Assembly (NCBI GenBank): GCA_020891255.1
Contig: BQFW01000006.1
Location: forward strand, 2,170,001-2,234,000
Direction of reading: 5' to 3'
Source: Entomortierella parvispora E1425
Lineage: Eukaryota > Fungi > Mortierellomycota
DNA length: 64,000 bases
The notes below the pieces were generated by a model that was given only the letters and a program-made list of their open reading frames with translations, was not told where the DNA came from and did no database searches. Made by a program: the position numbers and the translations under genes. Positions within the stretch are counted from its first letter, which is position 1; the number at the start of each line of letters is the position of its first letter. Shown here one piece after another: positions 27,891 to 38,804 of the stretch.

Positions 27891-28524
27891 ATGTCTTTCT
27901 TTATGAACCAAGCCTCCAACCAGACGGTCAACATGCAGAACATGGCCATGGCCGAGCAGGAGCTCGAGATGGTCTCGGACTTGTTCAACCGGTACGGAAA
28001 TGCGCCCTCTTTCACTTGTCATTACATGGAATCGGCCGAGAATAACATAAGGAAGCGATCGTTTGATACAGTCCTTGTGCTACTGAGTCGCAATATCCTT
28101 GTTTGACACAAAAACTATCTATGTTTAACTGTGATATCCACCAATGCTGACAATCGTATTTCCTCTTTTATTATTCGCTTCAACACCACGCGCCTCCTTG
28201 GACCTTGATCGACAACTCTTATACCATGGATCTCCTTTGAACTGGATTGGTCACAATGTTGTCAATTGGACTCTCACTCTTCGATCTGGATCTGGATCAT
28301 CACCTTGGACCTTCCCACAACCATCATATTTGGATGACAAAACTACAACAAACAGCATTGTCTCGTCCTGCCACCAGAAGTGCATTCCCAAGACTTACAT
28401 CGAGGGTGACTTGAACAAGGGAGAGGCCGTCTGCATCGATCGTTGCGTCTCAAAGTTCTTTGAGGTCAACAAGACTATTGGAACCAAGCTCCAGCAGATG
28501 TCTGGCGCTGGTCTCCCCATGTAA
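27891..28524 (+). CDS. TIM10: Mitochondrial small Tim chaperone Tim10 (2 exons; intron 27992-28355)
   Basis: AEQELEMVSDLFNR|IVSSCHQKC...GDLNKGEAVCIDRCVSKFFE: twin CX3C motif. Confidence 0.95.
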
Positions 28525-28874
28525 AATATTTTTTTTTGTTCCCACCTCCCCCTTTTCGCCCGACTCGACCTCCAGTCCCCACTCCAAAATTTGCAAGCTT
28601 ACTCTAGACGGATGAGATACGGGAAGACGCTCGGACGATAACAACAGCAACAACTCCTCAAGGATATATCTTGAAAGATACTCTTCAAGTATTTCTTGAG
28701 ATTTCAAGCATGGACATGTGTAAATAAATCCTGCAGCTTTTAATACGAAAAATGAAGTCAAGAGAAGATGTCGGGATAGATCCCTTTGCATGAAAGCTAC
28801 AACCCAAAATGCACTTGTCTCCAGGGATCCAGAAGAGATCGAGCGTGTCAGTGGCGCTTCTGAAAATGGAAATA

Positions 28875-29762
28875 TTACTCTTCTTTTCCAAGACCAGCAG
28901 CCACCGTCCGCCATCCATAACCAACACACTCGCGTGGCATCCCTCTCAGATCAAGGGTTCTGATCGCGACTTCTTCGCATCCGATACGCTTGTAAAAGGC
29001 TCTTGCCTGTGTGTTCCCTACCAAAGTCCAAATGATGACTGATCCACGCATCTTGAAACGATCATACCCTTCCTGTAAAGCTCCCACCACCAATTTCCGA
29101 CCAATGCCTCCACCTTGGACACCCAGTTTGACATAAAGTGTATCAATCTCACAATCGAATTCATCTTGCGACCATCCTGGATAGAATCGGTGGTTGTATG
29201 CACGTTCCCAATTCGGGACCATGACTTGGGACATACCGATGACCTCGGGCTCTCCACCCGCAACAGCACTCGATCGCTCTGCTACGACATAGGCCATTTT
29301 GCGATCGTCGACGGCAGCTGTCATGAACACAGAGAACAGAAGAGTGTTATTAGGATATTGTTGACTCTCTCTCTCCTTCGTTTATATTCCAATTAACGAA
29401 CAATTCAGGATCAAGACGACAACAGAGGGGGAAAACCTACGGGTCAGGTTCTTGACATGAAAGCGAATCATCTCATCCGTATCGAGATTATCCAGGTAGT
29501 CCTGGGGGACAAGCCCAGCGTAGTGATGCCTGTAATTGGAGAACTGCATCTCAGTCATCAGAGGGGCATCTTCCACACGGCCATGGCGAAAGATCACTTC
29601 CTGGATGGGGGTATCCGGCAAGGCACTAGAGGTCGAAGCCGTGGACGGAGTCGGGGAGGAGACGGAACGGATAGACGGCAGAGAGGGGATGTGGACCAAT
29701 TGAGGTCTTGAATCCGGGGATTTGATGCTTGAGATAGGCTCAGTACAGGAGGACGAGACCAT
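28875..29762 (-). CDS. GNAT-family N-acetyltransferase, one intron
   Basis: IFRHGRVEDAPLM...YAGLVPQDYLDNL; CEIDTLYVKLGVQGGGIGRKLV (motif A, Q-x-x-G-x-G); WTLVGNTQARAFYKRIG (motif B). Confidence 0.88.
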
Positions 29763-30420
29763 GGTGCTAAAAAGAAAAAATGGGAGTGGTGTGACAGAAA
29801 GCGGAGCTAAAGAGCGGAGAAAAATGAAAAGCTCGCGCGTGCAGGGAAGAAGAAATAGGTGATGGAGGAATCGAGATGGAAGGAACGAGAAGAAAAAGAT
29901 GTTGCATGAACATGCGCCGTCGCACACCCATCAGGTTCGTTGCAGTCAGCTATGTGAGCAAATTGAGGGAGGTGACTCAACCTCAAGGTTGAAATGCAAA
30001 AAAAGCCAGTCAGTCCTCGGTTGACTGGCCACTGGCCACTGTGGGGCGGTATTCTCCTTAACATAAAGAATGGGAGGACTGTCCCCTCGTTGCGCAGTCG
30101 ACGCCCTGCGACTGCGTCGTCCGTGTCTCCTAGAACTGGGAGGGCCCTTTTGCCCAACGATGGGAACCATTGGGCACTTTTTCCGAGCTCTCTCGCTTCA
30201 GGGAGTTTGGCTCTTGTAGCTGGTTATTGATGTTGGGTGGTGGGACCAAAAGATAGCGACATCAACCTCCAATCCTCATGCCTTTATTCTATAAAGGTGG
30301 AGGCAAAAGAACCCCTGCCAATGGCATTCGTGAGAATTCATTCAAGGCACGAGGTGCGATGACACCATTCCTCCGATCTGATACATCCTGTTTGTGCACC
30401 TTCCCGATTAGGGCGACAAT

Positions 30421-30445
30421 CGAAGGTGCTAGAAATTTCCGGACA
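30421..30445 (+). promoter_or_regulatory. Heat shock element (5 alternating nGAAn/nTTCn units, 2 imperfect) upstream of BAG paralog 2
   Basis: cGAAg gTGCt aGAAa tTTCc gGACa. TATAAAA follows at 30571-30577. BAG proteins are Hsp70 co-chaperones. Confidence 0.5.
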
Positions 30446-30772
30446 AGACTCGGATGCTCTTACAAATTCGAGATAGATATAGAACGCGCCTCCAAAGTTT
30501 CGTCATTGCTGAGCAAGCAAACATACGCGCAAGTGGCCTTGGCGCACACAGGCACAGAACTATCCTTTAATATAAAAGGAACCGGCATCTTGCCCTAGAA
30601 GGACTCTCATCACAAAAAAGAACTTCATCACTTACATTCATTCCCTTTGATTCAAGGGCAACAACAACTGCCAGTCTCTCCATTCACTTCCCTCACTTCC
30701 CTCAACGCCCTTTCTCCATCCATTCATCCACCCTCAGTATCAATCCCCATCACTACACAAACAGCATTCAAT

Positions 30773-32788
30773 ATGTACTCGCTCTTTTCTCATCCCGCGG
30801 CCTCTCGTCGCCAGCACTACCACCAGCACCAGCCGGTCTATACCTTCCCCACCTTCACCACCGCTGCCATTTCAGACGATGAGGGCGAGGACTCGATCGA
30901 CGAAGAGGAACAACTTCTCCTTGCTGCTCTCGAGCGCAAACGCCAGCAGAAGCAAGCCCGCCAGCAGTATCTCCGCCAACAGCAGCAGGAACAACAGCGC
31001 CAGCAGCAATTGGCCTTTGAGCGTCGTCAGCGGCAGGAACAACAGCGTCAGCAGCGGTTGGCCTTTGAGCGTCGTCAGCAGCAGTTGATCGATCAAGAAT
31101 TGGCCTTGCAGCAGCAGCGCCGTCTTGCCAAGGCTCGCGCTCAGGCCGAGTATGAGGCCGAGCAGAGAGCCATCCATCTTTACAAGAAGCAACAGCAGGA
31201 GCAGCAGCAGAAGCAGGCCGTTCTCGAGCACTTTTTCTTGCAGCACATTCAAGAACAGCAGGCTAGGGCCAACGCACAGGCCAAGGCCAAGGCTGAGACA
31301 ATCCAACGCAAGCGTATCCAACAGGAGCAGCAGCGCCAGCACCAACTTGCACTCGAGGCTGCTGCCGCCAAGAAGGCCGCGGAGGCTCAGACCAGCGACG
31401 AAGAAGAGGAGGAGGATGAGGAGGATGCTTTGAGCACTCTTTTGAATGCCATCTTCTTCCCCCAGCACCATCTCAAGCGCCAGCAGTCCTCCCAGGGCGA
31501 GCATCCATGCAAGCGTCGTCAACTCCAGCAGCAGCAGCAAGAAGAGGAGCAGAAGCAGAAGCAGGTCGAGCTTCAGAAGCAAAAGGAGGCTGAGCAGGCC
31601 AAGAAGGCTGAGCAGGCCAAGAAGACCGCCGCAGCCGCAGAGAGCGACGATGAGGATGTCATTGGCAACTACTTTTTGACTTTTCCTGACATCAAGGCCA
31701 TGGTCGAGGCAGCTCTCGGCGCTGAGATTGAAGTCCCCTCCTCTGCCTACGCCCCCAAGTGCTCCCCCAAGAACTCTTCCAAGGACCCTTCCAAGAACAC
31801 CTCTGCCTCCAACACCAACACCAACGCCAACACCAATGCCAAGTCTACCTCCGCTCCATCCTCTACTCACTCGTCTCCTGAGCTCCGTGCCGCTGACATA
31901 CTCCGCGAGCGCCAGCAACGTCAGAACGAGCAGCAAAAGACCCTCCACGAGAAGCACTCCGAATTGAACCTCATTGAATCTACGATCGACGATTTGTCCC
32001 GCGAGCTGAACAACATCATTGCGGGCGCACAGCCCAACAAGCAAGTCTTGCAGACTGAGGAGAACTTGACTCGTGCCATGGTCCGCATCGACTCTGTCAT
32101 GAGTGAGGGTGATCTCTCTGTCCGATCCCGCAGAAAGGAGTTGATCAAGAAGAGTCAAGGCCTTTTGGATCTTGTTGACGAGTTCAGGAACCGAGAGGCC
32201 ACGAGTGGCAAGAAGGCAGTGTTGAATGCAGGCCCCGAATCTGAGGCCGCAGCTCTTGCTGTCGCTGCCAACACTTCCACGACTGCCATTGCCCCTACCG
32301 CTGTTATCTCTGAGTCTGCCCCCGAGTCCACCCCTGAGCCTGCCGAGGTTGAGTCTGAAGTTGATGAGCTTGAGGCTCCTTCGAACATCGAATCTCTTCC
32401 TGACACCACTGGTAATAACGAGAAGGACACTGTTGAGGCCGAGCCCATTGATGAGGATGATCAGGTTGAGCCTTACAATGTGCTAGATGTTCCTGTTGCT
32501 CCTGCCTCCGAGTCTGAAGCCACTGCCACCACCATTGCTGCTGAGGCTGAGACTGAAGAAGCAGCACCCGAGTTGGCAACCGCTACCGAGTCCGAATCCG
32601 AGTTTGAAGACCACGAGATGCTTGAGCCCACTGAGGACTCAGCCCCAGCTGCTGCATCTCCCGAAAATGAAGGCACATCGGCCGAGTCTCCCGAAAAGTC
32701 TGTGGACCCATTGGACCTGATCGCCGATGCCGCTCTGAATTTGGCACGATCAGACGCAGACGACTACGAGTTGATTCTTGTACACTAA
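30773..32788 (+). CDS. BAG-domain co-chaperone-like protein (paralog 2), intronless
   Basis: Same architecture as 13008-14987; start MYSLFSHP at 30773. Confidence 0.8.
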   Translation: MYSLFSHPAASRRQHYHQHQPVYTFPTFTTAAISDDEGEDSIDEEEQLLLAALERKRQQKQARQQYLRQQQQEQQRQQQLAFERRQRQEQQRQQRLAFERRQQQLIDQELALQQQRRLAKARAQAEYEAEQRAIHLYKKQQQEQQQKQAVLEHFFLQHIQEQQARANAQAKAKAETIQRKRIQQEQQRQHQLALEAAAAKKAAEAQTSDEEEEEDEEDALSTLLNAIFFPQHHLKRQQSSQGEHPCKRRQLQQQQQEEEQKQKQVELQKQKEAEQAKKAEQAKKTAAAAESDDEDVIGNYFLTFPDIKAMVEAALGAEIEVPSSAYAPKCSPKNSSKDPSKNTSASNTNTNANTNAKSTSAPSSTHSSPELRAADILRERQQRQNEQQKTLHEKHSELNLIESTIDDLSRELNNIIAGAQPNKQVLQTEENLTRAMVRIDSVMSEGDLSVRSRRKELIKKSQGLLDLVDEFRNREATSGKKAVLNAGPESEAAALAVAANTSTTAIAPTAVISESAPESTPEPAEVESEVDELEAPSNIESLPDTTGNNEKDTVEAEPIDEDDQVEPYNVLDVPVAPASESEATATTIAAEAETEEAAPELATATESESEFEDHEMLEPTEDSAPAAASPENEGTSAESPEKSVDPLDLIADAALNLARSDADDYELILVH

Positions 32789-33757
32789 TGAACTCAATGA
32801 ACATATAATAAACCTCTGTATAATATGAATATAAAGCCAAAGTTGGAAACTTGAACGTGCAACCATGATGATAACGAAGTTAGCGTTCGATATGAGCAGA
32901 AAGATCGACCGTTTGCGCAAATACCATTTTTTTTTCCTTTTTTTTTTCAGGACACAAATCTCTTCAATGTGCCGTGATCGAAACTTCGCAATATTCGCTG
33001 GGAGAGAGCTTTGAAGGTGTTCGCCTGCTTGCGGTGGTTACAACAGGAAAGGAGGGTATGTCCCGCAGCAAAATAATGGGCCTGAGAAAGACCCCCCCCC
33101 CCCCGTGGTTGATCTTCGAGGAGTTGCACGAACGCGTCTGAGTTTGGGCGAAGACCAAATTCCGGTGTGGACATCAATTGAGCATGAATAGGAAACTTTG
33201 CGAGTTATGACGACTTGGATGTTGGGATGAGTTCATGATGTATACGCTGCACTTTTTTTACAGGACTCAGCTTCCTGATGAGGCTCGACCAATCTTGGAC
33301 ACCTCAGATTTCCTCCATCGTGTTTTGATGCAGCCTGGAGGTTGCCATTCGACCTTTATTGATGAACCATCACCAGCTCTGACTCCAGCCCACGGGTCCC
33401 TATCATTAGTCGACATCATGTCCACGCTTCGGAACAGAGCTAGATCCGACGAGGTTCATAACAGCCGCTTCACCTGGTCAACCTTGTCCTTGTCCAACTG
33501 CTCCAAGTTCGGTGAGCAGGGTCACCATTTTTTTTTTTTTTTTTTTTTTATCTTGACGCGCTGTTTTTGACGCGAAGTGGGACTCTCAGCCCCTCGCCTT
33601 GCGCGGTCATTGCTCTTGCTCAAGTCCAAACCCCCATCTTTCTCCCTTCCCCTTCCTTCCCATCTTGGTTTTATAATGTATGTTCATTGGTCACTGGCGC
33701 ACTAGATTGACCACCATGTCCAATGTTATCAAAACGCTGGTGATATTTTCATGTCTG

Positions 33758-34176
33758 TTCAACGTCCGTGTTGGAGTGCATTCTTTTTGATGCTCCCGAT
33801 GGGTTATTTCCACGATGCGGTTTCTCTCTGATGGATTCCAGCACTTCACAGGTTCCTCGTCTTTGGTACAGTCAGTGCTCGCTTTGCAGAAAAATTTCTG
33901 CGAAAGCGAGCACTGACTGTGTAGGGCACTGGGAGGCATGGTTCGGTGACAGTACAGTACAGGACAATCCAACACCTGTGTGTAACGTCTGTTGGATAGT
34001 GTACGAATCACTCTGCCTTGCTCTCCTGGCCATTGCTCAGTCATCCTGAATGCATGCTTTAAAGACCAGAGTGATGTGTCCTTTCAACGTCGGTGCTGGA
34101 GTGCGTTCTTTTTCAACCTCCCGATGGGATAACGCCGCGTTGCGGTTCATCTCTGACGGATTCCGGCGCTGTGCAG
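33758..34176. repeat. Pair of diverged 94-bp direct repeats (33758-33851 and 34083-34176)
   Basis: Ungapped manual alignment gives 74/94 identical positions; the starts are 325 bp apart. Confidence 0.85.
33868..33920. repeat. Near-perfect 53-bp palindrome (25-bp stem, one bulge, minimal loop)
   Basis: ACAGTCAGTGCTCGCTTTGCAGAAA-AA-TTTCTGC(G)AAAGCGAGCACTGACTGT, paired base by base. Confidence 0.95.
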
Positions 34177-34500
34177 AAGCCCGTTTTGCTAGAGTTTCCG
34201 TGCAGTATGTTCGTTGAAGGTACCTGGTAATCTGACATTATGTCGAGCAGGTCCTTGTTGGATGTTTAAGACCCCTCCGGCTGCAGTTTTCCTTTTTTTC
34301 TTTTGTTTTGAAGACCATGCTGTCTCAGCACTTTGCCAGAAACCAACGGAGTCGATTTGATACCTTTTTCCGCAGTATTTGGCCTCAAGGGCGAAAGGCA
34401 TTGCGCTTTCCACATCACATCAAATATCGCCAGTTGGTCAATCTTCACAAAGATGTCGTGCTTGAATAGATTTTTTTAATGTTCTATGGGGCAAAAATGT

Positions 34501-37500
34501 CTAGGGGTTCATGCTGGCCATTTTCTTGGCGTGTTGGTTGCGACGATTATGGTTGGCCTTGGATGACTTTTGTCGCTCGTTCTTGGCTTTATCACTTGCG
34601 GTTGGGTTCGCCTGCTTTTGTGGTTGAGGCTTTCCTGTTTGTTGGTTTGTGGATCCGTCTTTTCCTTGTCCCTGACCAGGTCCTTGGTTCTTTGCTGGAC
34701 CTGATCCCTGTTGCTTGGGCGCTCCACCTGGTGCAGACTTCTGCTTTGGTTGCTGACGTTGTTGCTGCTGTTGTTGCGGCTGCTGTGGTGATTGCTGTGG
34801 CTTGGCAGTCTTTTCCACGAACGGCATCCTTCCACCGCGGCGTTTATCTACAGGCTCTGCCTCTGTCAACTCGTTCTGCCTTCCATTAAACTCGTACTTC
34901 TGCGCAATCAATTCTTTTCGGGGCTATAAGAGATGTCAAAAGTCGTGAAGAAGGGACACAGTTAGAACTAATGTCCAGCAAATATTTTCTACAGATTCTC
35001 AAAACTTGCATCAGTCTTCTCCCCTTGCTCTGTTTCTCCCAAACACTTACATTGCGTCCAAACATGATAGCCCAGCCTTCCAATTGTTCGTCACTCATCT
35101 TGGTGAGCTGTCGAAGTTGCTGTCTCTGCTTGGATTTACGGGCCGCTGAGCTCCTGTTAAAGACATCCTTCTGGCCAGTGTAGGTGCTGATCAAGACTTC
35201 TTCGTGCTCAATGGATGGATCGATTTGCTATTGAGATTTCAAAAAAAAAAAAAAAAAAAAAAAGGCCTGAGAGTAAGTAAAAGCATTCAAAAAAACACAA
35301 ACTATGGATCTGAATGCCCAGAGACAATCCAAAACCGGTTGCAGGAGGTTATTATCATTTGACTTTACCATTTGAGCTCGACCGACAGTGGTGCTGGTTG
35401 CAGAGTCGTCTGCTTTAGCATCAATATCATCCACGAGCTTGAAGTCGGCACCAGTGTTGTTCAAACCCATGGAATCGTAGGTGTCGTCGTATTCGTCATC
35501 GTACATGTTATCCAAGGCCTGGAGGATGGCGCTCTTGTGTTCTGTCACAAACGACTTGTCATCCAGCACAACATCGGCATCTTGGAATCTAGAAGTTGAC
35601 AGCCAATAATAAAATCATCAAGGGTCAGAATAAATCACCCCAGCGACTATCCCATGTGGAGCCATTTTCATCAACGATCCATACCCTCTCTTTCCACGCG
35701 ACATCTTGGATTTGTCCACTACGTTTCCTGAAAACACGTCAAACTCGTCTCCATCAAAAATATTTCTGCGTGTTGCAAGCACATCCTGATCCTCTGCTTG
35801 TGAGATATCGGACGACTTGACAACAGCCATGGAAGTAGGTGCTGACTCCACACGGCGAGGGGGAGATCTAGTTTTACACGAAAGAGAGAAAGATGAGACT
35901 CGAGCAGAAGAGACCCAAACATGCAGTGAATCCATCTCAACTGGGTCATACCTAGCCTTGGTTCGTTCCATGATGGCCAGTTCAGTTGGCAAATCTTCTT
36001 CCAGCAACTTCATTGTCACGGTCTCTGGATCATCATTAAAGGCAAGAAGGCACGCCTCCAAGAAACCATCGCCCATGTCGGGAAAAATATCCTGAAGCTG
36101 CGAAATAAGGATAGTGCGCTTGACATAGTCCTCCTCCTGGTCGGCAGACATGGGTGCGACAATAACCTGTGGAGCGTTGGGATCCAAAGAAATGGTCGAG
36201 TTGGAACGGCCGCTTTCTTGTCCATAGAAACCGCCTGAAAGACTACGCGCCATCTTTTCGGATTGTCGTTGAACATGGTCATGAATAAATCCACGGGTGG
36301 AGGGATTAAAGTCGCGCAAGTCGTGAAGCATCACTACCCAATGACTGATTCGGTCATTTTCGCCCTGGAATGCTCCTTCGATCATCTTGGTAAGTCTCTC
36401 AGACATATCAAGCTGGATCTCGAGGTCCATGACCATAGGCGCGTCATACATTGGCCGCATATGATCCAGCAATGGTGCCTGCTCATACAGACTGACAATC
36501 ACTTCACAGAGCGTATCCGTCAGGGATGCCTGTGCTGCTTCCCGCTCCTCGCTAGATTTCAATCCTGACTCCTTGTCTGTCATGTATTGCTTGTAGATTC
36601 CTCCCAAGACGTTGGCAATAATGGATAGCATCCTCAGTCGCAGAAATTCCAGCACGGGTTGAGATCGGATATCTGCTCCAAGTTCCTCGCTCTCGATCAA
36701 GAGCTTTGTCAGCACTGGTAAAGTGTAGTTGTAGCAACCAAATAAGCACTCGAGGAATTCCTCGTGCTCATGCAGCTCGATCGCCAAAACTGGACTAGAC
36801 GCCGAGATTGCATCTATAGCGAATGATATGTCCATAAGAGCACTAGCATACAGCATAGCTTCTGTTGCCTTTTCATGATCCATCTTTGGAGAAGAAGGTT
36901 CTGGCGATGGGGATGGCGACTCTGCTGCTCCTTTGCCTTTGCCTTTGCCTTTGCCGGCGCCGTTCCCACTTCCTCCATGTTCAAACTTCTTTTGGACCTT
37001 GCGAATGATCTGGACGACAGTGTTGGTCGAAGATCGAAAGTCGGTGACGAGTCCTGGAGTGTGTTGGAGGATGGTGCCAACGATCTTGGAGACAGTGTCC
37101 GGATCAGAGGTATAGTAAATGTTGGCTAGATCCATGAGCACTGAGGTGGAGATAAGTCCGCGATCCATCAATGCCGATCCTGGGTCGGGGGTCTCTTGAT
37201 CTGGATAGTGATCTTCACAAGCGGTCATGGCATCGGATCCTGACATTGTCTCGGACAGGCGATGGTAAAGAATAAAGACTCTGCGGACAATCTCCTGCAG
37301 CTCCATGATCCAGAGATCGTCCTTGTTGCCGCGGAAGGAGGCATAGTCGCCAAGGAACGCATTGAGGAAACGGACAAGAGTGGGACTTTGCAAGAGCTCA
37401 GACCAGAAGAGACGGGTATTCAGCTTGAGCACCTTGCTGAGACTCTCGTTCCAGTCGTCCACTGCGACAGAGAAGTCGATTGGCGAGAGTGAAGGATCAG

Positions 37501-37534
37501 CACGCGGGGTGATGTAGGGCAAAAAATCGAGCAT
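34501..37534 (-). CDS. CUE3: CUE-domain protein Cue3/ASCC2 (ribosome quality control trigger / ASC-1 complex subunit 2)
   Basis: CUE domain ISQLQDIFPDMGDGFLEACLLAFNDDPETVTMKLLE, then RRNIFDGDEFDVF, YDDEYDDTYD and C-terminal KANHNRRNQHAKKM. Multi-exon. Confidence 0.9.
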
Positions 37535-37697
37535 GGTCGGCAGCGATAAAGCAGATGATGGGGGAAGGACAGATGAATGAATGATTGAATGCAAAAGGGG
37601 GAGAAAGAAGTGAAGAGGAAAAAAAAGAAAAAAAAAAAAAAGAAAGAAAGAAGAATCGCGCTTCCTTTTTGCTCTGTCCTGCAGCTGTGCGGTGTCT

Positions 37698-37722
37698 TGA
37701 CCTGACCTGACCTGACCTGACC
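37698..37722. repeat. (TGACC)5 pentanucleotide microsatellite in the CUE3/TAF13 divergent promoter
   Basis: Five perfect TGACC units are directly visible. Confidence 0.9.
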
Positions 37723-38027
37723 TGAGCTGTGATGGGGTGTCCTATGCCGGAGTGAAGAGACAATGACGACGAGAAGAACAACAAGAACAAGAGAACTGCG
37801 GCAATGGAGCAAAAAAAGAATGCAAAGAGCACCCGTCTCCTTCAGCCTGCACGTCCCAGCTGGACTTTTCGCACGACTCAAAACCCGTAGCCGCAAGGTT
37901 CCAACTGTCGAAGTCACAACTGACGGGCGGTGGCTTGGCTTGGAAGGCACACCCATGCACGCATGGCCTGTCATTCTCCCTCTCTTTCTCTTCTTGATTG
38001 ACATCTCAATTCAGATTCCTCGTCGAC

Positions 38028-38693
38028 ATGGGAGATACGCCAGGACCAGCATCTGCCTCAACTAGCCAGCAGCAACCACAGGACCTGTCGGCTGCAAAGA
38101 AGCCCCCTGTCCTCTTGGGAAGACCCCCAGGTTCCACCAACGAGCCTCGCAACAAACGCAGGAAATACGCCTTCGCGAAAGAATGTACGTCTATTCTGGA
38201 TCATATGGGTTGCCAGCAATACCCTTTTCTCTCTCCTCCAGGCCATTCGTTTATTCACCTCTCTCTCTCTCTCTCTTTTATCCTGGACGCAAATAGTGAA
38301 GCAGCTCATGTACGGATTTGGTGATGTACCGAACCCCTCGAACGATGCAGTCAATGTCTTGGAAGACATGCTGATTGAGTACCTCACGGACACTGTAAGT
38401 CCTTTTTGAGCCTCAACTTCAACTTGTTTCTTTCTTCTCAAAGAGTGGAATCCTAACGGGCGTTTCCTCTTTATCAACCTTCTATATAGTGCACCCAGGC
38501 AGCAGCAGTAGCAGAGAAGCGCGGAAAAGTCAATGTGGAGGATTTTCGATTTGTCCTCAGGAAGGATGCAAAGAAACGATCGCGTGTGGATGAGCTGCTG
38601 TACATGAACGAAGACATTCGGCGTGCCAAGAAGATTGCTGACATCCCTGAACTCGACAACACCAAAGGAGGCGCCAAGGACGCCCCCATTTGA
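38028..38693 (+). CDS. TAF13: TFIID subunit Taf13 (3 exons)
   Basis: FAKE|LKQLMYGFGDVPNP...LEDMLIEYLTDT|C...RGKVNVEDFRFVLRKDAKKRSRVDELLYMNEDIRRAKK: histone-fold TFIID-18kDa family. Confidence 0.93.
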
Positions 38694-38804
38694 ACAATCC
38701 CAGTGCAGATCCCACTCTCTGTGCCTGACACGCTTTTGTACCATAGTGAACTTGTAAAAAATGTACTTTAATTATCTAAACATCAAGGGTAGTGCTTGCT
38801 GGAT

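Larger units (their letters stand above)
30400..32792. repeat. Inverted segmental duplication, copy 2 (partner about 13005-15370)
   Basis: Near-identical to the reverse complement of copy 1. Differences are scattered substitutions, a 48-nt in-frame tandem duplication and a 12-nt in-frame indel. Confidence 0.95.

Noticed and set aside
32947-33570. Short ORFs downstream of BAG paralog 2
   Set aside because: Interrupted by stops and homopolymers; no family resemblance.
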